Shown here piece by piece: positions 47,980 through 61,480 of a stretch of DNA of 64,000 nt. Source of the stretch: Ylistrum balloti (lineage: Eukaryota); assembly GCF_031769215.1 (NCBI RefSeq), contig NW_026781968.1, positions 620,001 through 684,000 on the forward strand. Direction: 5' to 3'. The translations under genes and the position numbers were made by a program. The stretch's first letter is position 1. Each line of letters begins with the position of its first letter. A model generated the notes under the pieces. It was given only the letters and a program-made list of their open reading frames with translations, was not told the DNA's origin and made no database searches.

Positions 47980-50900
47980 CTGTTAGAAAAATTACAAAAA
48001 ATGAGAGAAATTATTCCCATGGAAGCTACTAGCGGTTATCAGTATAAAGCAGAAAAGGGCAAATAACATCACAGGAGATTCAATACTGAGCAATGGTGTA
48101 TTTTACATAAACTGTTTTATGCTTGTGTGTTTTTTGTTTTTGTTTTTTTGTTTTTTGTTTTTTGTTTTTTTGTTTGTTTTTTTGTGAACTTCCTTATCTA
48201 GTCAAACAGCATGAATCCTAAAAAGAACACACCAATAACCCATCAATACGTGAAATCCGTATAGATGTATATGGACAACGATAGTTTGTTTCATATCATA
48301 CCATTCTAGCTTCGTTTCATTCACACTTTATTATTTATTATACTTGTAAAGTCACAACTAGGGCATATCCATTGGGTCGTTGACTGTCATTCTTCGTTTT
48401 ATCACAAAGGTAGATTTGTGACAAAAAAGAGTCATACATTCACTTGAACTAACAAAAATGATTTGAGAAAGTCGTTACACTTAATTTCTGGATTTTGCAA
48501 AACAAACAAAAAAAAACGTGCTCAGATAATCATTTTAAAATTCTGTCCGTGTACGACATAAATAACAAAGAAAATAACACTGAATTATGATCGAACATTC
48601 ATGTAATTTATTTCCAATTCTGGTGGGTATTACCTATGGATATGGTAAATGGTTTGTTATTTAAAGACAAGGCAAGATGGACTTTGTAAGGTCTATGAGT
48701 TTTGTTTTGATGAGCTTTGTGGTAAAGTGGACCTCTTATGGAAACAAAATCAGATATTTCTCAATGCAATCACTATGAAGACCGTAAAACGTCCTCATAC
48801 TTTTAACTGCATGTTTTGAAACCCTTGCAGGAAAATCGTGATAGTGTCATTAATAACAGTAAAACGATAGCCAAGACCATTGCATTGGTGTGATTCAATG
48901 AGGCATTTGCAAGATACTCTTCTCGACAGATAAGGCGCGTGCAAATTGGTTGGAAAAACTAACACTGACAATATAGGTCTTTCATATTTTTCTAATTTTC
49001 TATTGCAGTTGATACAGAAAATGACATTATGCAAATAAAATCATTGTATAATTTGAAATAAAAAAGAATCATTTTGCTTCACTGACGACAGTTTTGGAAT
49101 GATTTAAAACTGTTCTTATGAAAAGTTCGTGTTTTTCAAATTTGAAAATAATCCCTTTTGATATTTAACACACACACACACATATTCAAGTTAGATGACT
49201 ATGTTTGTTATCTATTGTTTTTCTAACAACCAAAAATTGATTTACGAAGAGTCAAATAATTTCCGATGACAGTCCACAGTAATCTTTAGGTTTGTTTCGA
49301 TGTATAAAAGGGAAGTAACTGGTGTGTAAACACATAGCTCGTGATAATAAGATAATTGCAAAAACATATGAGATCCGCCATATTTTGGTCCAACAGTAAT
49401 TTTCAAAAACGTTACACTTTTACTTTCAAATTTAATTTGGTCAAAACGGTGTTTGATGGATTCCTGGTCATGCATCCACAATGTCAGGTAAAGTAAGGCA
49501 CTTTACTAATGAAAAATGGCACATGTCTCCAACATCTACATACGCACGTACGCTCGTCTTCTATATATAAATACATGTAGGAACCATATGAACATTCGCA
49601 GTTGTGATTCTAAAGCGCAGGAAATAAAGGTAAGCATGAGTGTTATATATGTCTGTTTGTTTACCACAGCTGTATTCGTTATTCGTTACAAAGCTAATTT
49701 TATTAACGTTAAATGTTATTGTAATAAACACTTCTTTTTAAAATCGTATCTTCCTATGAAATTTATTTTGAAAATAATATGTAACCTAATATATACAATT
49801 TGCTTCTTTATTCATAGACATGTATCACATTGAGATGTACATTGCTGCTTTGTTTGCGTGCAACAAATGTCTATTAACGTTACTATTCTTTTTTGTGCTA
49901 TGCTTTATGATAGGTAGCCCTTCATTAAGTCATAATAGGATGTACCCTTCCAATGAAAACATCATGTAATTAATGCTTTATCGGAAAAAACAACAGTAAC
50001 AAAATAGCTATAAAAGAGAGTGTATATATATATATATATTTACATTTGCGCTGCCACCAACTATATGAAACATACAAAATACTACTTTCAAAGGGTTTTT
50101 ACAGCTAAACATTTTATGTGCCGTTTGGTATAGATTTTTTGTGTGAGTAGTGACTCGGGCTACCTTTTTGAGAAGACCCCTTCAACTGCCACTTCACATC
50201 ACCTAAAAATGATTTAAGAATTAAATTATGCAAGACAAAAATATTTTTAAAAATGCAACAAATAAAACGAACATAAAAATAAAGAAACAGTATTGTGTGT
50301 ATATTGCATAAGAAGAACAACATATCATCACTTCTATTGTCATCTTGAACACCGATCATGAAGGAATCCGAGTAGAAATACAGCACCTCCGGAATCCCTC
50401 AACTATGTAAAATGTTGAAATATTGGGTGAGGATGAAAAACTTCAGATGATGATATACTGTTAAATGATATGTTCTTAGATGAAGCTTTCACTTCGGATC
50501 ATGGTTGATAAACACACACACACAGATTCAACCGCCTCCAGTCGGCTGGCGGAGTGGCATCACTGCACAGTGTCAACTGTGACACTAGGCAGTAGGAACG
50601 ATATTGGTAATCGGGGTTTAATTTAACGTTTTAATTGTGTATATGTTTATCTTTCATTGTTCCTAATAGGAATATACAGAATATTTTATAGAAACAATTC
50701 AAAATTTTCTCACGCAGAATATATTTCTTATTTCTGTTGTTTTGACAATCACCGAGTGAAAGTTGTTCTTTCTGTACCGTTTTTCCCTTGGAGAGAATTG
50801 TTTCGGTGCACCGTAATATTTAACAATTAAAACGGAAAGGCAGAAAAATAATTCGTAAGAAGCATAATCATTTGAATTGAAAGTCAGTTTTTTTAACTTC

Positions 50901-51912
50901 CATGGCTCTAACAAGCTTCCTGTCGTATGGATGTGACCGCTGGTTTTTTTTATAGCTCTATGAAAGTTAAAAAACGACTTTCAATCAATATACATATCAC
51001 ATAATCAGCTTGTGATCTAATGAGTTCCCCTATGTAATGTTTTTGTGTTTATGTCACTAGTGTGTCACTTCTAGGACTCGTTTAATAAATTCTCGTATGA
51101 AAAGAAAACCCCTTTGATATTTATATAATTTATGAATAAGCAATATATACAACAATTTAATTAACAATAAAAATGTTCATAATTGAGGATTGAGAATATA
51201 CATTGATGAAACAGAAGGCAAGTAAACTTTTGAAATAATTATCTACCAAACATGGTTACGGTCAAGCATTTTACGATAAACCGCATAGTCATTTTATGTC
51301 TCGTACACACGTTCAAATGACGTTTTTATAGATGACCTCTAACCAATATGAGCCACAGCGACAGTTTGATTAGGGATAGCTGTCAAACGATGCTTTAGTG
51401 ATTTGCGTGGGTGATGACAATGCTACATATATAACAAGCTGCACTTGAACGTCTAAATCAGTGTAGTAAATCGTGAAATGTGTGATACTTTTGGATTTAT
51501 AACGAAAATGGGTGTTTATATGTATATTTCAAACAACTGACAATGGAATCCTCTTCATGCTAGAGTGGATTTGGTTTCTTCATCTGATATCATATAGAAC
51601 AAGAACGCACAGACACATTGAAAAGAATTGCTATTTCAACAACGTAACAAAATTAACTAATCCTTGAAGTCAAATGCATGGGGAATAATAACTCGAATAT
51701 ATATGCAGAAATATCAAGAATTAAACAGACAGATTTGAAAAACATTACAAATCAAATGTCTGCACAAAGTCTTCCTTTAAGAAATTGAAAACTGAAAACT
51801 TTCAGTTGCCAGGATCCTTATCTGGACAATAACGGCTACTACTGTAAAACAAGGAAGAATATTATCCTTTCAGAAATAGCCTTCAAGTTGCGGTTTGGAA
51901 CTATCTGGAAAG

Positions 51913-53454
51913 ATGTCTGTCTTCTTGTTCTGTGCTGTATGCACTGTTGCAGTCGTATCGTCATTTCCAATGGAAGGTTTTGCAGGTAAGTCTGTTTTTG
52001 TATGTTTTGATGTTTATTGTCAACATTGGACGGTTTTCTTTTAAGAATAAACATAATATGATGTTTTGAAAGAAAGAAAAACTTGTATTTACTTTATAAC
52101 ATAAGAATAAGAGTCATCTTTAATGTTTATCATATAATGTTATATATTCTGATGGCTGCTAGTGGTTTTTTTTTAAAGACATATCTAAATCTGTTATATT
52201 TATTAGAACTGCTTGGAAGGAGGTGGCATATGTAGCCATTAAATAAAACCAAAACTTATGTCTATTAAGTGAGATATCGGTTTTGGCTAACCTGTTGCAC
52301 AGATAATTTACCGAAGCACACGGATAAATAGTAATCAAGTTTGAGGTAACATGTAAAACAAAGGAGAGAGAAATCCTTTCTTTGACACCAAAACTTTGAT
52401 GCTGTTTTGCATTTGGTTTAGTTTTTTATTTTATTTTATCTACCCATGCTTCGTATTTTACATTATTTTTGCCAAGGTTTCCTTGTATGCTTTGTTTAAA
52501 GGGATGTGAAGGAATACGTGACTCTAACGTTTATTTTTTTTACTGAAAGTACAAGTTTTGTCGTTTTAGTACAAAATACTGTGGGCCCCCCAACGAACTT
52601 CTTCAGTAAGTTCATTCCGAAAAGTGCCGTAGCCAACATGACTAGTAACCCAATGCTGCAGTGGATACCTGACTTTATATCACAAACCGTCAATGCTGCC
52701 AGGGAGAGGAAGATGATGAAACAAATGCGACAGTCTATGATGACTGATGTTGACATGGGCGGTCTCGGAGGAATGATGGCCCAGTGAGTACACCAACAGT
52801 TTTTAATATATAACGAAACCAACAGGGACAGCTTTCCACCAAGCTGCATAATAAGCATAACAATTTCACTCTTTCTACAATATTCCTGCTTTCCTATGGC
52901 GGTTACATGTCATTTGGTATTCAAGTTCAGCTACCCAAATATCACGATTTGCCTGCAAGAGGCCAGTGGTCATTATTGGGGAGTTTTATAGAACATGACA
53001 TCACACATTTATAATGAACAAGATTAACATTGCGTGGGTTGGCGTTGATGCAGAAGACGCTTATGCGTTCAGCACACCTAATTAAACATATTTTTTCATG
53101 AGCATTCGATGAAATCGGTATTTGCCTTGTTGTATTGGTATAGCCTGGTTAATCTTGCTGTAAATGACATTTGTTCTAAAAGAAAGAGTGAGGTATATAG
53201 TAACATATTTAATAAAATTCTAAAAGTAAAACGATTTTGTAACCTTTCTATTGTTTTATAATCTCCTTATATAAAGTTTATTTAAAAGAACATAGACATC
53301 ACATAATACTGGTGTTATTTACAGGAGTCCTGGAGGATCGATGGGTCTGTCTCTATCCAATACTGGTGCTCAAGGCTTCGCCATGGCGGCTGACAATCCA
53401 ATGGGAGAGTTGTTCGCAGGAGGTTATGGCGCGATGGCAGATGGAATGATATAG
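51913..53454 (+). CDS. orphan secreted Met/Gly-rich protein B, 138 aa
   Basis: Exons 51913-51985, 52570-52783 (214 nt), 53325-53454; phases 1,2. Signal peptide MSVFLFCAVCTVAVVSSFPMEGFA; NMTSNPMLQWIPDFI..MMKQMRQSMMTDVDMGGLG; tail SPGGSMGLSLSNTGAQGFAMAADNPMGELFAGGYGAMADGMI*; 17 Met by hand count. Confidence 0.85.
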
Positions 53455-54739
53455 ACAATATAGGTTATTTCAATACCTCACCTTCTTCATATACAAATGT
53501 TCCTATCCTTGTGGAGTGATCGTTACAGTGCGAGTGAGCATTTAAAATGCCCCAGATCGGTGTATCATAATAAACAAATGATAAAAGTACATAAATACAT
53601 TTTAAGTATACAGCATAACTTATAAAATATACCTGACTACGTATATTACAAATGTGTATAGAGAAAATCTGTCCAAGTTTGTGGTATCTCCCCATGTAAT
53701 TGACCTTGATACTATTCAAAAGTATGATTATAATTGTCAGAAACATATCATTTAGAAAAAATAAAAACACAAAGGTCCAAAACGTTAAGAAATGATTACA
53801 TGCTTTTCACCAAAACAACTGAAACACTGAATTGATTTCCATATCTAGACAAAATAATGTATTCATATTGGCACACGTTCAGTTGTAAAGCAAACTCTTG
53901 GAATTAGAAAAGATGTGAAGAATGACTACGAACGATCAGATCTATTTCTCCGAGCGGTTATGACAATGTAGAACAACCTGATGTATTGTTATCTTACACC
54001 TTCCTTTCTGTGTTACTGGAGCAACTGTTACAGAATTCAATACCTTTGATGAGAAAATTTTGAGATATTATAACGTGTTGCTGATGTGTATCTATCCTGG
54101 ACTCTGACAAGTATGTCTAGTCACTTGTAGTGCTGTAATTCGTTATTCAATAATGTGTTCGGTGATGCTACTGTTTCACCAAACTGATTATCATTTAATA
54201 AACCATTATGTAGTTTATAAAATGATACGGAATATCAATAAAATATAATCGATAGTTGCTTTGTTGTTATTTATGTTAGCATGACTATAGTACCGGGTAG
54301 CTGGCAAAATTCACGTCAAAGCTTTTGCGATTTTCTTTCCAAACGATCAAATAATATGTGTCGAATTAAAGTACTGTAAAATGAAATCTAATACACATGT
54401 CTCATTATTTTACGAATCTTTTGCAATCACATTATTGTAACGCAGAATAGCTCATATATATATATTCAAACTCAGAACTCAGAAGTCAGATGTTCAGGAA
54501 AGATGTCTATTCTGAAAACCCGTGACACTTGGCGTGGTGCTTTCTGTTTTGTCCTAACAGAATGGCAATGTCATTAAAGTATGTTTTAAAGTGCGTTTTA
54601 TAACGATAACCTTTTGTTTCAAGGGCAAGCGGCTTTTTCACAAGACACATAAAGAACCATACATTTCGTGACAGGAATATCTCATCCTGACGGTAAAATC
54701 TTTAAAAACGTACATACTTTAATTACCTTAATTGAAATG

Positions 54740-54990
54740 ACTGATTAATCTTACGGTATGGTTTGTTAGCTTGTGGGCGTGTTTAATATTCGTTAGTTTG
54801 CCTGTTGGCTCCGTTGTTGTATACCTTGTTCTCATTTAAGAATGTGACATTACTTACTTGGATTGACCAAGGGTTACATAGCAAGTGTCACCTGGTCTGA
54901 CTCTCCCTGTACTTTTTTCAGGAGTCTCCGTGTAAATCTCTCTTTGGTTCATATTATCTTCAAATGTTGAAATTTTCTACATGTTTTTAT
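54740..54990 (+). mobile_element. SINE-like copy of the same family as 22170-22400
   Basis: About 90 bp of clear similarity to 22190-22275 (TTGCCTGTTG, TTGTATACCTT, GAATGTGACATT, GATTGACCAA, GTGTC). Confidence 0.55.
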
Positions 54991-57027
54991 ATCATTTGTG
55001 TAAGGATGTATAACGTTATTCAACTGTGACATTATATGTCAACAAAAAATTATGAAGCAACAGGACTCATTTAGAGAACTATTAAGTGGATTAGCTTAAT
55101 TAGTTAAAATGTTCCACATATCGCTAAGTTTGGACATAAGGAAATATTTTACGAAACAGCTCACAATTTTATGAAGTTTTGTTTTCAGTGTATCTGTTTT
55201 CCACAATAACAGCTTTCACAATATTAAGACTGTGATCCCCATGTTAAAAACCAGTTATATCTTTTATTCGTAAAACCAGGAGTGCTCCCGTGAAATGAAG
55301 GAGAACTTGAAACAACACAGTTAACCTTTACTGAAAATGTGTGTTATTCCACACGTCTGTGTGGATATTAATAGCGCTTCCCTGTAACAGCTTGTTTCTT
55401 GTTCAAGGTTTAACATTTACGCGGAAAAAATGTAATTGTTATTACTTTGTTGGTATAAGTGGGAGATGAGAACATCATATAACCACAAACACCGTGTCTG
55501 TAAGGTCAGAGCTGTAGTGACACTAACCCCATACCACTTGTCATAATTCATCCACTAACGTCAAGGCGTTGTACTAGCTTTAATCATCTTCTTTAAAACA
55601 GATGGTTTCGCTGTCGACGAATACCTAAAATAACACTAAGACTGTGTGTTTCTAAAGTAAATAGGTATTGTGTTTTTATCGTTCTGACAAGCCTAGATAT
55701 GAAGACTTTTCGATTATATCCTTGATTATTGTTTTATCATTTGGACCTCTTTGTCACACTGTACCATCTTATATATAGAAGAACAGCACCACTGATCCAA
55801 GTCGTTATACATATTTCAATGATGTTTTTTTTTCGTTGCCACAAATATTCTTACCTGATTTGTCACTTTTAATTATTTAGACCAACATATTCGTGGTTTG
55901 TGTCTGAATATTAACGCGATCATAGTGACAGACTAAAATGACCCATTTCCCATCTACAAAACAGCCATAACGTTACTCTTGGCTTCCTTTCACTGATTCC
56001 TACAGTGATTTACCTGCAAATGTGACAAAAACCTGTGGTGACAAATATAGGATTGTAACTGAAGTGACATTACCCTTTAACCGTGTCTAATTATTGCACC
56101 TTAAGGGGTAGAACTTTGATATTTGGCACGTGCGTTAGTTTTAACAAGAACTTTCTGGTGGTACAAACATGACATTTGTAATGAGGTAAAAGAAAATTAT
56201 TACCACAATGAAGACATAAGTGTTTCACAAAGTGTGCATGCAATTATCACATGCCTTCCAGAATAAAATTTCAATATCCCACTTCAGAATTTTGTTGCAG
56301 CCGTGGACATATTGTCTTATAAATACATCTTGTTTTAAAATCTAGAACAGCTATATGCGCCTTGTTTCAAACTGAAACAAGAAAGGCTTCCTTCTGTCTC
56401 CTTCCTTCTCCTCACCATCGCCAAGTATAAATAATGATGTATAAGTGTAGTTCTGGCGCAGAATCTCATAGTATAATACTCCTTCAGAAGAAAAGTGGAA
56501 ATCATATTTGCAGAGATCGAGTTGCTAATAGATATAAAATTTCACAATTAATCAATCTTTTCATGTTAAAGTTTGATATCATGTAGATAAAACAAAAGTA
56601 CGCAAGTGTCCAAATGATCCTAGACTGAAATACCTCCATCATAGAAGTACTACATTTCACTCATTTTCTAAGTGTTTTCAATCGTTACCGCGAAGGTGCA
56701 GAAATGTTCGACACTTAAGTGTAGTAAATGTCCAAATATTGTTGAATGCTATTCAGTGTGGTAATCGCACATTTGCACAATTAAACATTTCTTCGTTCTA
56801 TTTGCAGTGGTTCATATAGTCACAACGCCAAATCTGTTGATATCTATTTCATTTGATCTGATTGGTTTCTCTCCTTTTGACTAATAGTACTTTATTTTTA
56901 TAATTTCTAGAACATTTTCTTCAGGTTGGTAATGTCAGTAGAATAAAAATTCTTGCAACACAATCAGTAGAAGATTAGAGTGTGACGTTTCGATGTCTAT
57001 TCATAAAAAAACGACCGGAGTGGAACA

Positions 57028-57192
57028 TACTAGCACTGACGTACGTAGTGTACGAGATGTTAATGAATCGACCAAATGCACTATAATCCTATGTACACTA
57101 AGGTCGAAAATAGTGTGACGGACTTATTGTACGTAGGATTATAGTAAGTCGATTCCTTACCATCCCATGCACTATGTACGTTAGTGCTAGTA
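57028..57192. mobile_element. 161-bp foldback MITE flanked by TA
   Basis: TA|CTAGCACTGACGTACGTAGTG.. and ..CACTATGTACGTTAGTGCTAG|TA. The arms of about 75 bp are reverse complementary along their length (GAATCGAC, ACTATAATCCTA, GTACA blocks) around a loop of about 12 nt. Confidence 0.8.
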
Positions 57193-59227
57193 CGCCCAAC
57201 ACTGATCATTTGTCTGATGAAGGTGACCGCGTAGCCATCGACATGTCACACTTTAATCTCCTACTGGTTGTCTTATAAAGACTTCTGTTTTACTTTTGAC
57301 TTCAGTGATGGGTGCCAGTCCAAGGGTATAACGTTAAATTTACCCCAGCTTTAAATATGTTAGAGATAAAAAGTCATTATTCTTATTGTCAGTTAACTTG
57401 TGCTTAGTGTTATATCATACAACTGTGCACTGATAATTGACATCTCAGTGTAATCGCGCTATGAAAGAGCCTTTGGGTGGTTCTATCATTACTAGACGCC
57501 GTTTTTATATGACTCATAGAAAACTCCAACAAAACTGAAACGTACTTACAACAAATACATCATTATGTTTATAAGCATTTTATTCATATATAAAAAAATC
57601 AAAAAGATATCAACGGAAAACGTATGTACATGGTATGGCAAGTATGTGGTTTATGATAAACATTTTAAGACAGATGTGACAGAATTTTTTTATCTGTCAA
57701 TTATGAATTCCATAAAAAATTGATACAAAAAACAAACGAATCTTGAAATGTAATAAAACATCATATTGGCGGAACTGATATATTTTTACATTTCGCGGAG
57801 AACTTATTTATTTTTACATATCGCGGAGATTCGAAAGATAATAAAATCATCGAATTCTTTAATCGCATAGGTATATGTAGCATTGATTGTCACATTCCAT
57901 ATTTACATTCATCGTTTTTCTGCTGTTTCTACTCTCAATTGTACGTTCATAAGATAGAATAAGATTTACCATCCTCGATCATTGAAGGTACAAGCGAAAT
58001 AATTTAATTAGTACCAGGAAAAAAACCTGACCAATCACAAGCTGATACGCTCCTTTTGAAGATTCTCACCAGAGAATCGCTAAATTGAAAAATGATTTTT
58101 GTATCATAAATCTGACATAAAATGGAAACTACTGTACGATCCTACATGTAAGTTATAACTATCTGGCGCGTTAAATCTTCACGTAATATATATTACAACT
58201 TTGATGTTAAGTCGTCCCGTCATTGCAAGGTAAAATGCGTTAAAGTGAAAATGGTTGCCAATAAATGGGAAAGAATTTACACTAACATACACATATTTAC
58301 AACAATGGAGATTTATTTATTTATTTTTTTTTCTTATCCATCGTTTGTCTTTGGCTTGAATAGGTGAACTAGATATTAACGTATGTGGGTCACAGCATAT
58401 GGTCAGTTACTTGAAAATGCAACATTGTATGTAATATGTAGGTAATGAGTAATTTCTCAAATGCAAGACAAAATGTCCATTGTGGTGATTAAAACACAAC
58501 CTGAGCATTAAAAATAAAGACGATGCAATAAATATAAATAGGATTAAATCGATTTCATGTGCAAAAGCATCATTAAAATCTAACATTGAAAAAATTGACA
58601 CTGTACAAAATATAGTGTATGACGGGTGATGAAATAAATATTCAAAATGTAAATAAAATTAATAAAAAAAAGTCTCTTTATATTTAAGTAGAATTAATTG
58701 ACTTAGATATGTTGATCTCGGTAAAGTAATGGGACTGATAATTTAAAGGGACTTGTGGGTATTAACATCAATTTAAACAATTATAATTATATCATCTAGT
58801 AAATAATATAAATAATAGAAAAATAAGTAAAAAGTGAAATATCAGCACCAGCAGAAATCGCCATAGCATTGCGACTTCTAAATACATTATACACTATAGA
58901 CTTAAAGAACGGATACCTAACAGGAAGTTGTTGACGGTTGGATTACGTGTGCCAAGCCTGGAGAGAAACATGTAAACATTTACGTGTAGATATATGTGTA
59001 CATATCCGTGTAACATTATATATTTATCCCAATCCTACAGTATTGACAGATCCGGCTATCATACTGTTAATGTATATATATTGTTCTCAGTTGTACTGCA
59101 GAAGCTAATAACCAGTGTAGAAAATACTTAAATCTATTAGGAACAAGAAAATTGGAGTATTTATCAATGTCTGTAGAACATCCTCGCTCCCTATGTGCAG
59201 ATAGGTCAAGTTATACCGTTGGCTTCC

Positions 59228-61369
59228 TTATCGAACCTGGAGTCGCATAACTTTTGTAAAGTCAAGTATATAGCTGAGAGCTGCTTCCGTTTCGAACATT
59301 TGTAGCATTATGTTATACATAGTTCCGAGTACATAGAATACTCGGTATTTCGAATAAAATCGGACCTTTTCGGGGTTCATCCTTTCTGGTGTCTGCTGAC
59401 TAATCTTTGCACCGTAGTACATTTTTGCCTGTAAATAAACCAAAGGAAACATGTAATTAAAATAATTAATATCGCTGTTTGATTTAATTACCCTTATTTG
59501 TCTTATCACTGATGAAAATTTATTTAAAACATTCACCAGAGTGAAAGTATCGGTCAAACTCTGTGATCTCTGTATTTCTTTTATAATCAAAAATATGTTA
59601 TTTCTATACTGATTTCATCATATACAGCAATGTAAAAGTCACGGCCCTACTGTAAAGCATCTCTTTACCACCAACATGGAGTGTCTATACATACATGCAG
59701 TTACTCCTCAAGATAATAATTCTATTACTTTAAGTAAGCTTATATTTAACATTTTAAATAACAGTTTATTTTCTTGAATATCTTTGTTTAAAAAAATTAA
59801 TAAATAAAAACAAGAATGAACACACAATCGAAACCCCAAATTAAATGATTGCTTTGATAGAAGACATACAACATTTGATAGAATTCCACTGTATACAGTA
59901 TAGATACGCTAATCGTTGTCGAGAGTTTACCTAGTATATCATAATACCGCTAGATGTCCAGACCAATCTAGTACAGTTAAATATATACTCTGTATTTCGA
60001 CTGGTGTTAATTCATTTGTGTTCATCCTGTTATAGACCCACCTCCTTTTCCAGTCCAAGGATGAGCTCGTCCAACTGGGGAACAATGACGCCATTCAAGG
60101 AACAATACAGGGAGGACCCCAAAGTGCAGTCGACGTCACAGACGGCCTCGCTTCCACAAATATGTCGTTTTTCAATAGCTAGAAGGTCAGTCAGGTTTCC
60201 CCAATGGTAACGAAGTACTTGGATGACGTCAATAAGCAATTTCTATAACATTAAATGAACATCGTATGTGTGTATATATAGCGAGAGACAGACATAAGTT
60301 AGCAGGAACTCCCATGTCAACTCAACCGTAAAAAACAAACAAGAAATATTTGTAGACTTGTCACAGTTATCAATATGTACTAAATATATATTATACTTAA
60401 ATATTTCTTTAAAGAATACATTAATGATAAACATGAGTATGGACTCATAATTGATTATAACAAAATTCACAAAGAAATAAATCATTTTTAATTCAGTGAT
60501 ATACTGATGTCCGATTCATGCTTCTTGCTTATACTATACTTCTGATTAGGAAACTAATACGTGATGGAATATCTGAAATGTATTTTCTTCGTTGTAATTT
60601 TTATGCATTTTGACACAATGGTTAGAAAAAGATAAAATTATTCAAAATACCTTGTTAAACCTTTTCTGCTTCTTGATCATCATGACTTCGTTTGATGGTG
60701 ACCGGATGAAATCTCGTACATTCCAGTTATTAACAAGATTAAACGAGAAGTCTAAGCAATCGTCTGGTATCACGTCATTATTATCTTTACACTGAAAAAC
60801 ATAAATAATACGTGAGTGTTAAAGTTGTATAAAATGTTGAAATAAGTAAATAACTGAAGGAAAATTCTATGATACTCCTTCAAATTCATTCGTTATTTGT
60901 AATTCTCAAAAGTTAGAATTAAAATGCTACTTACATGATTTAATACAAGACGTTCCAGAGAATTTCCAAGAAATTTCACTAGAGGTATTGCCGTTTTGGA
61001 TACACTTTTCCAGAATCGGAAATGCAAGGATGCCGACCCTCCCAACCTAAGGGAGGACAATTGAGACCTTCCATCCGTGTAAGAATTTTCTGATGACACC
61101 ATATCTGAATTTAACGCCGTATTAGTGTATGACTTGGGTGATGGAATGGACAATCTCTGATCTGTATCAACTTCTGTGTTTGGTTGGATTTCCATAACGG
61201 ACAACTGTGAAATTCTGTCTGTATTCTCATCTCGTGTGCTTGCGGTTGTCTCGGAGAAATTTGGTGGAAAATTGTACTTGTCTTCTGTATTCTTCTTTAT
61301 AATTGGTATCGAGAATCCTGATGCTACCAGAAGCAACTCAACAACCAACTCGATTATCAAAATATTCAT
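59228..61369 (-). CDS. secreted long-chain four-helix cytokine-like protein 2 (LIF/CNTF/CLCF1-like motifs), 325 aa
   Basis: Exons 61369-60935 (acceptor at 61375), 60791-60651, 60242-60042, 59428-59228, all phase 0 and all open. Signal peptide MNILIIELVVELLLVASGFS; Ser/Thr-rich pro-segment; helix-like segments FWKSVSKTAIPLVKFLGNSLERLVLNH, KLLIDVIQVLRYHWGNLTDLLAIEK, VIVPQLDELILGLEKEAKMYY, RFYSKYRVFYVLGTMYNIMLQMF (FxxK motif). The gene model is solid; the family call is inference. Confidence 0.8.
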
Positions 61370-61449
61370 TGGCTTCTGAAAGGAGAATTTTATTGAAAGG
61401 TGGAAAAAATAATAAAATTGTTCAATCTGTAATGCATCACAAAGTACAT

Positions 61450-61480
<31 letters not shown>

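Noticed and set aside
55500-56850. Scattered minus-strand exon-like segments (about 55625, 55932-55855, 56480-56415) and an LDLa-like WRCD string near 56820
   Set aside because: They cannot be joined into a convincing ORF: stops occur in all frames of the 78-nt segment and the LDLa-like string is interrupted. At most they are non-coding or decayed exons.
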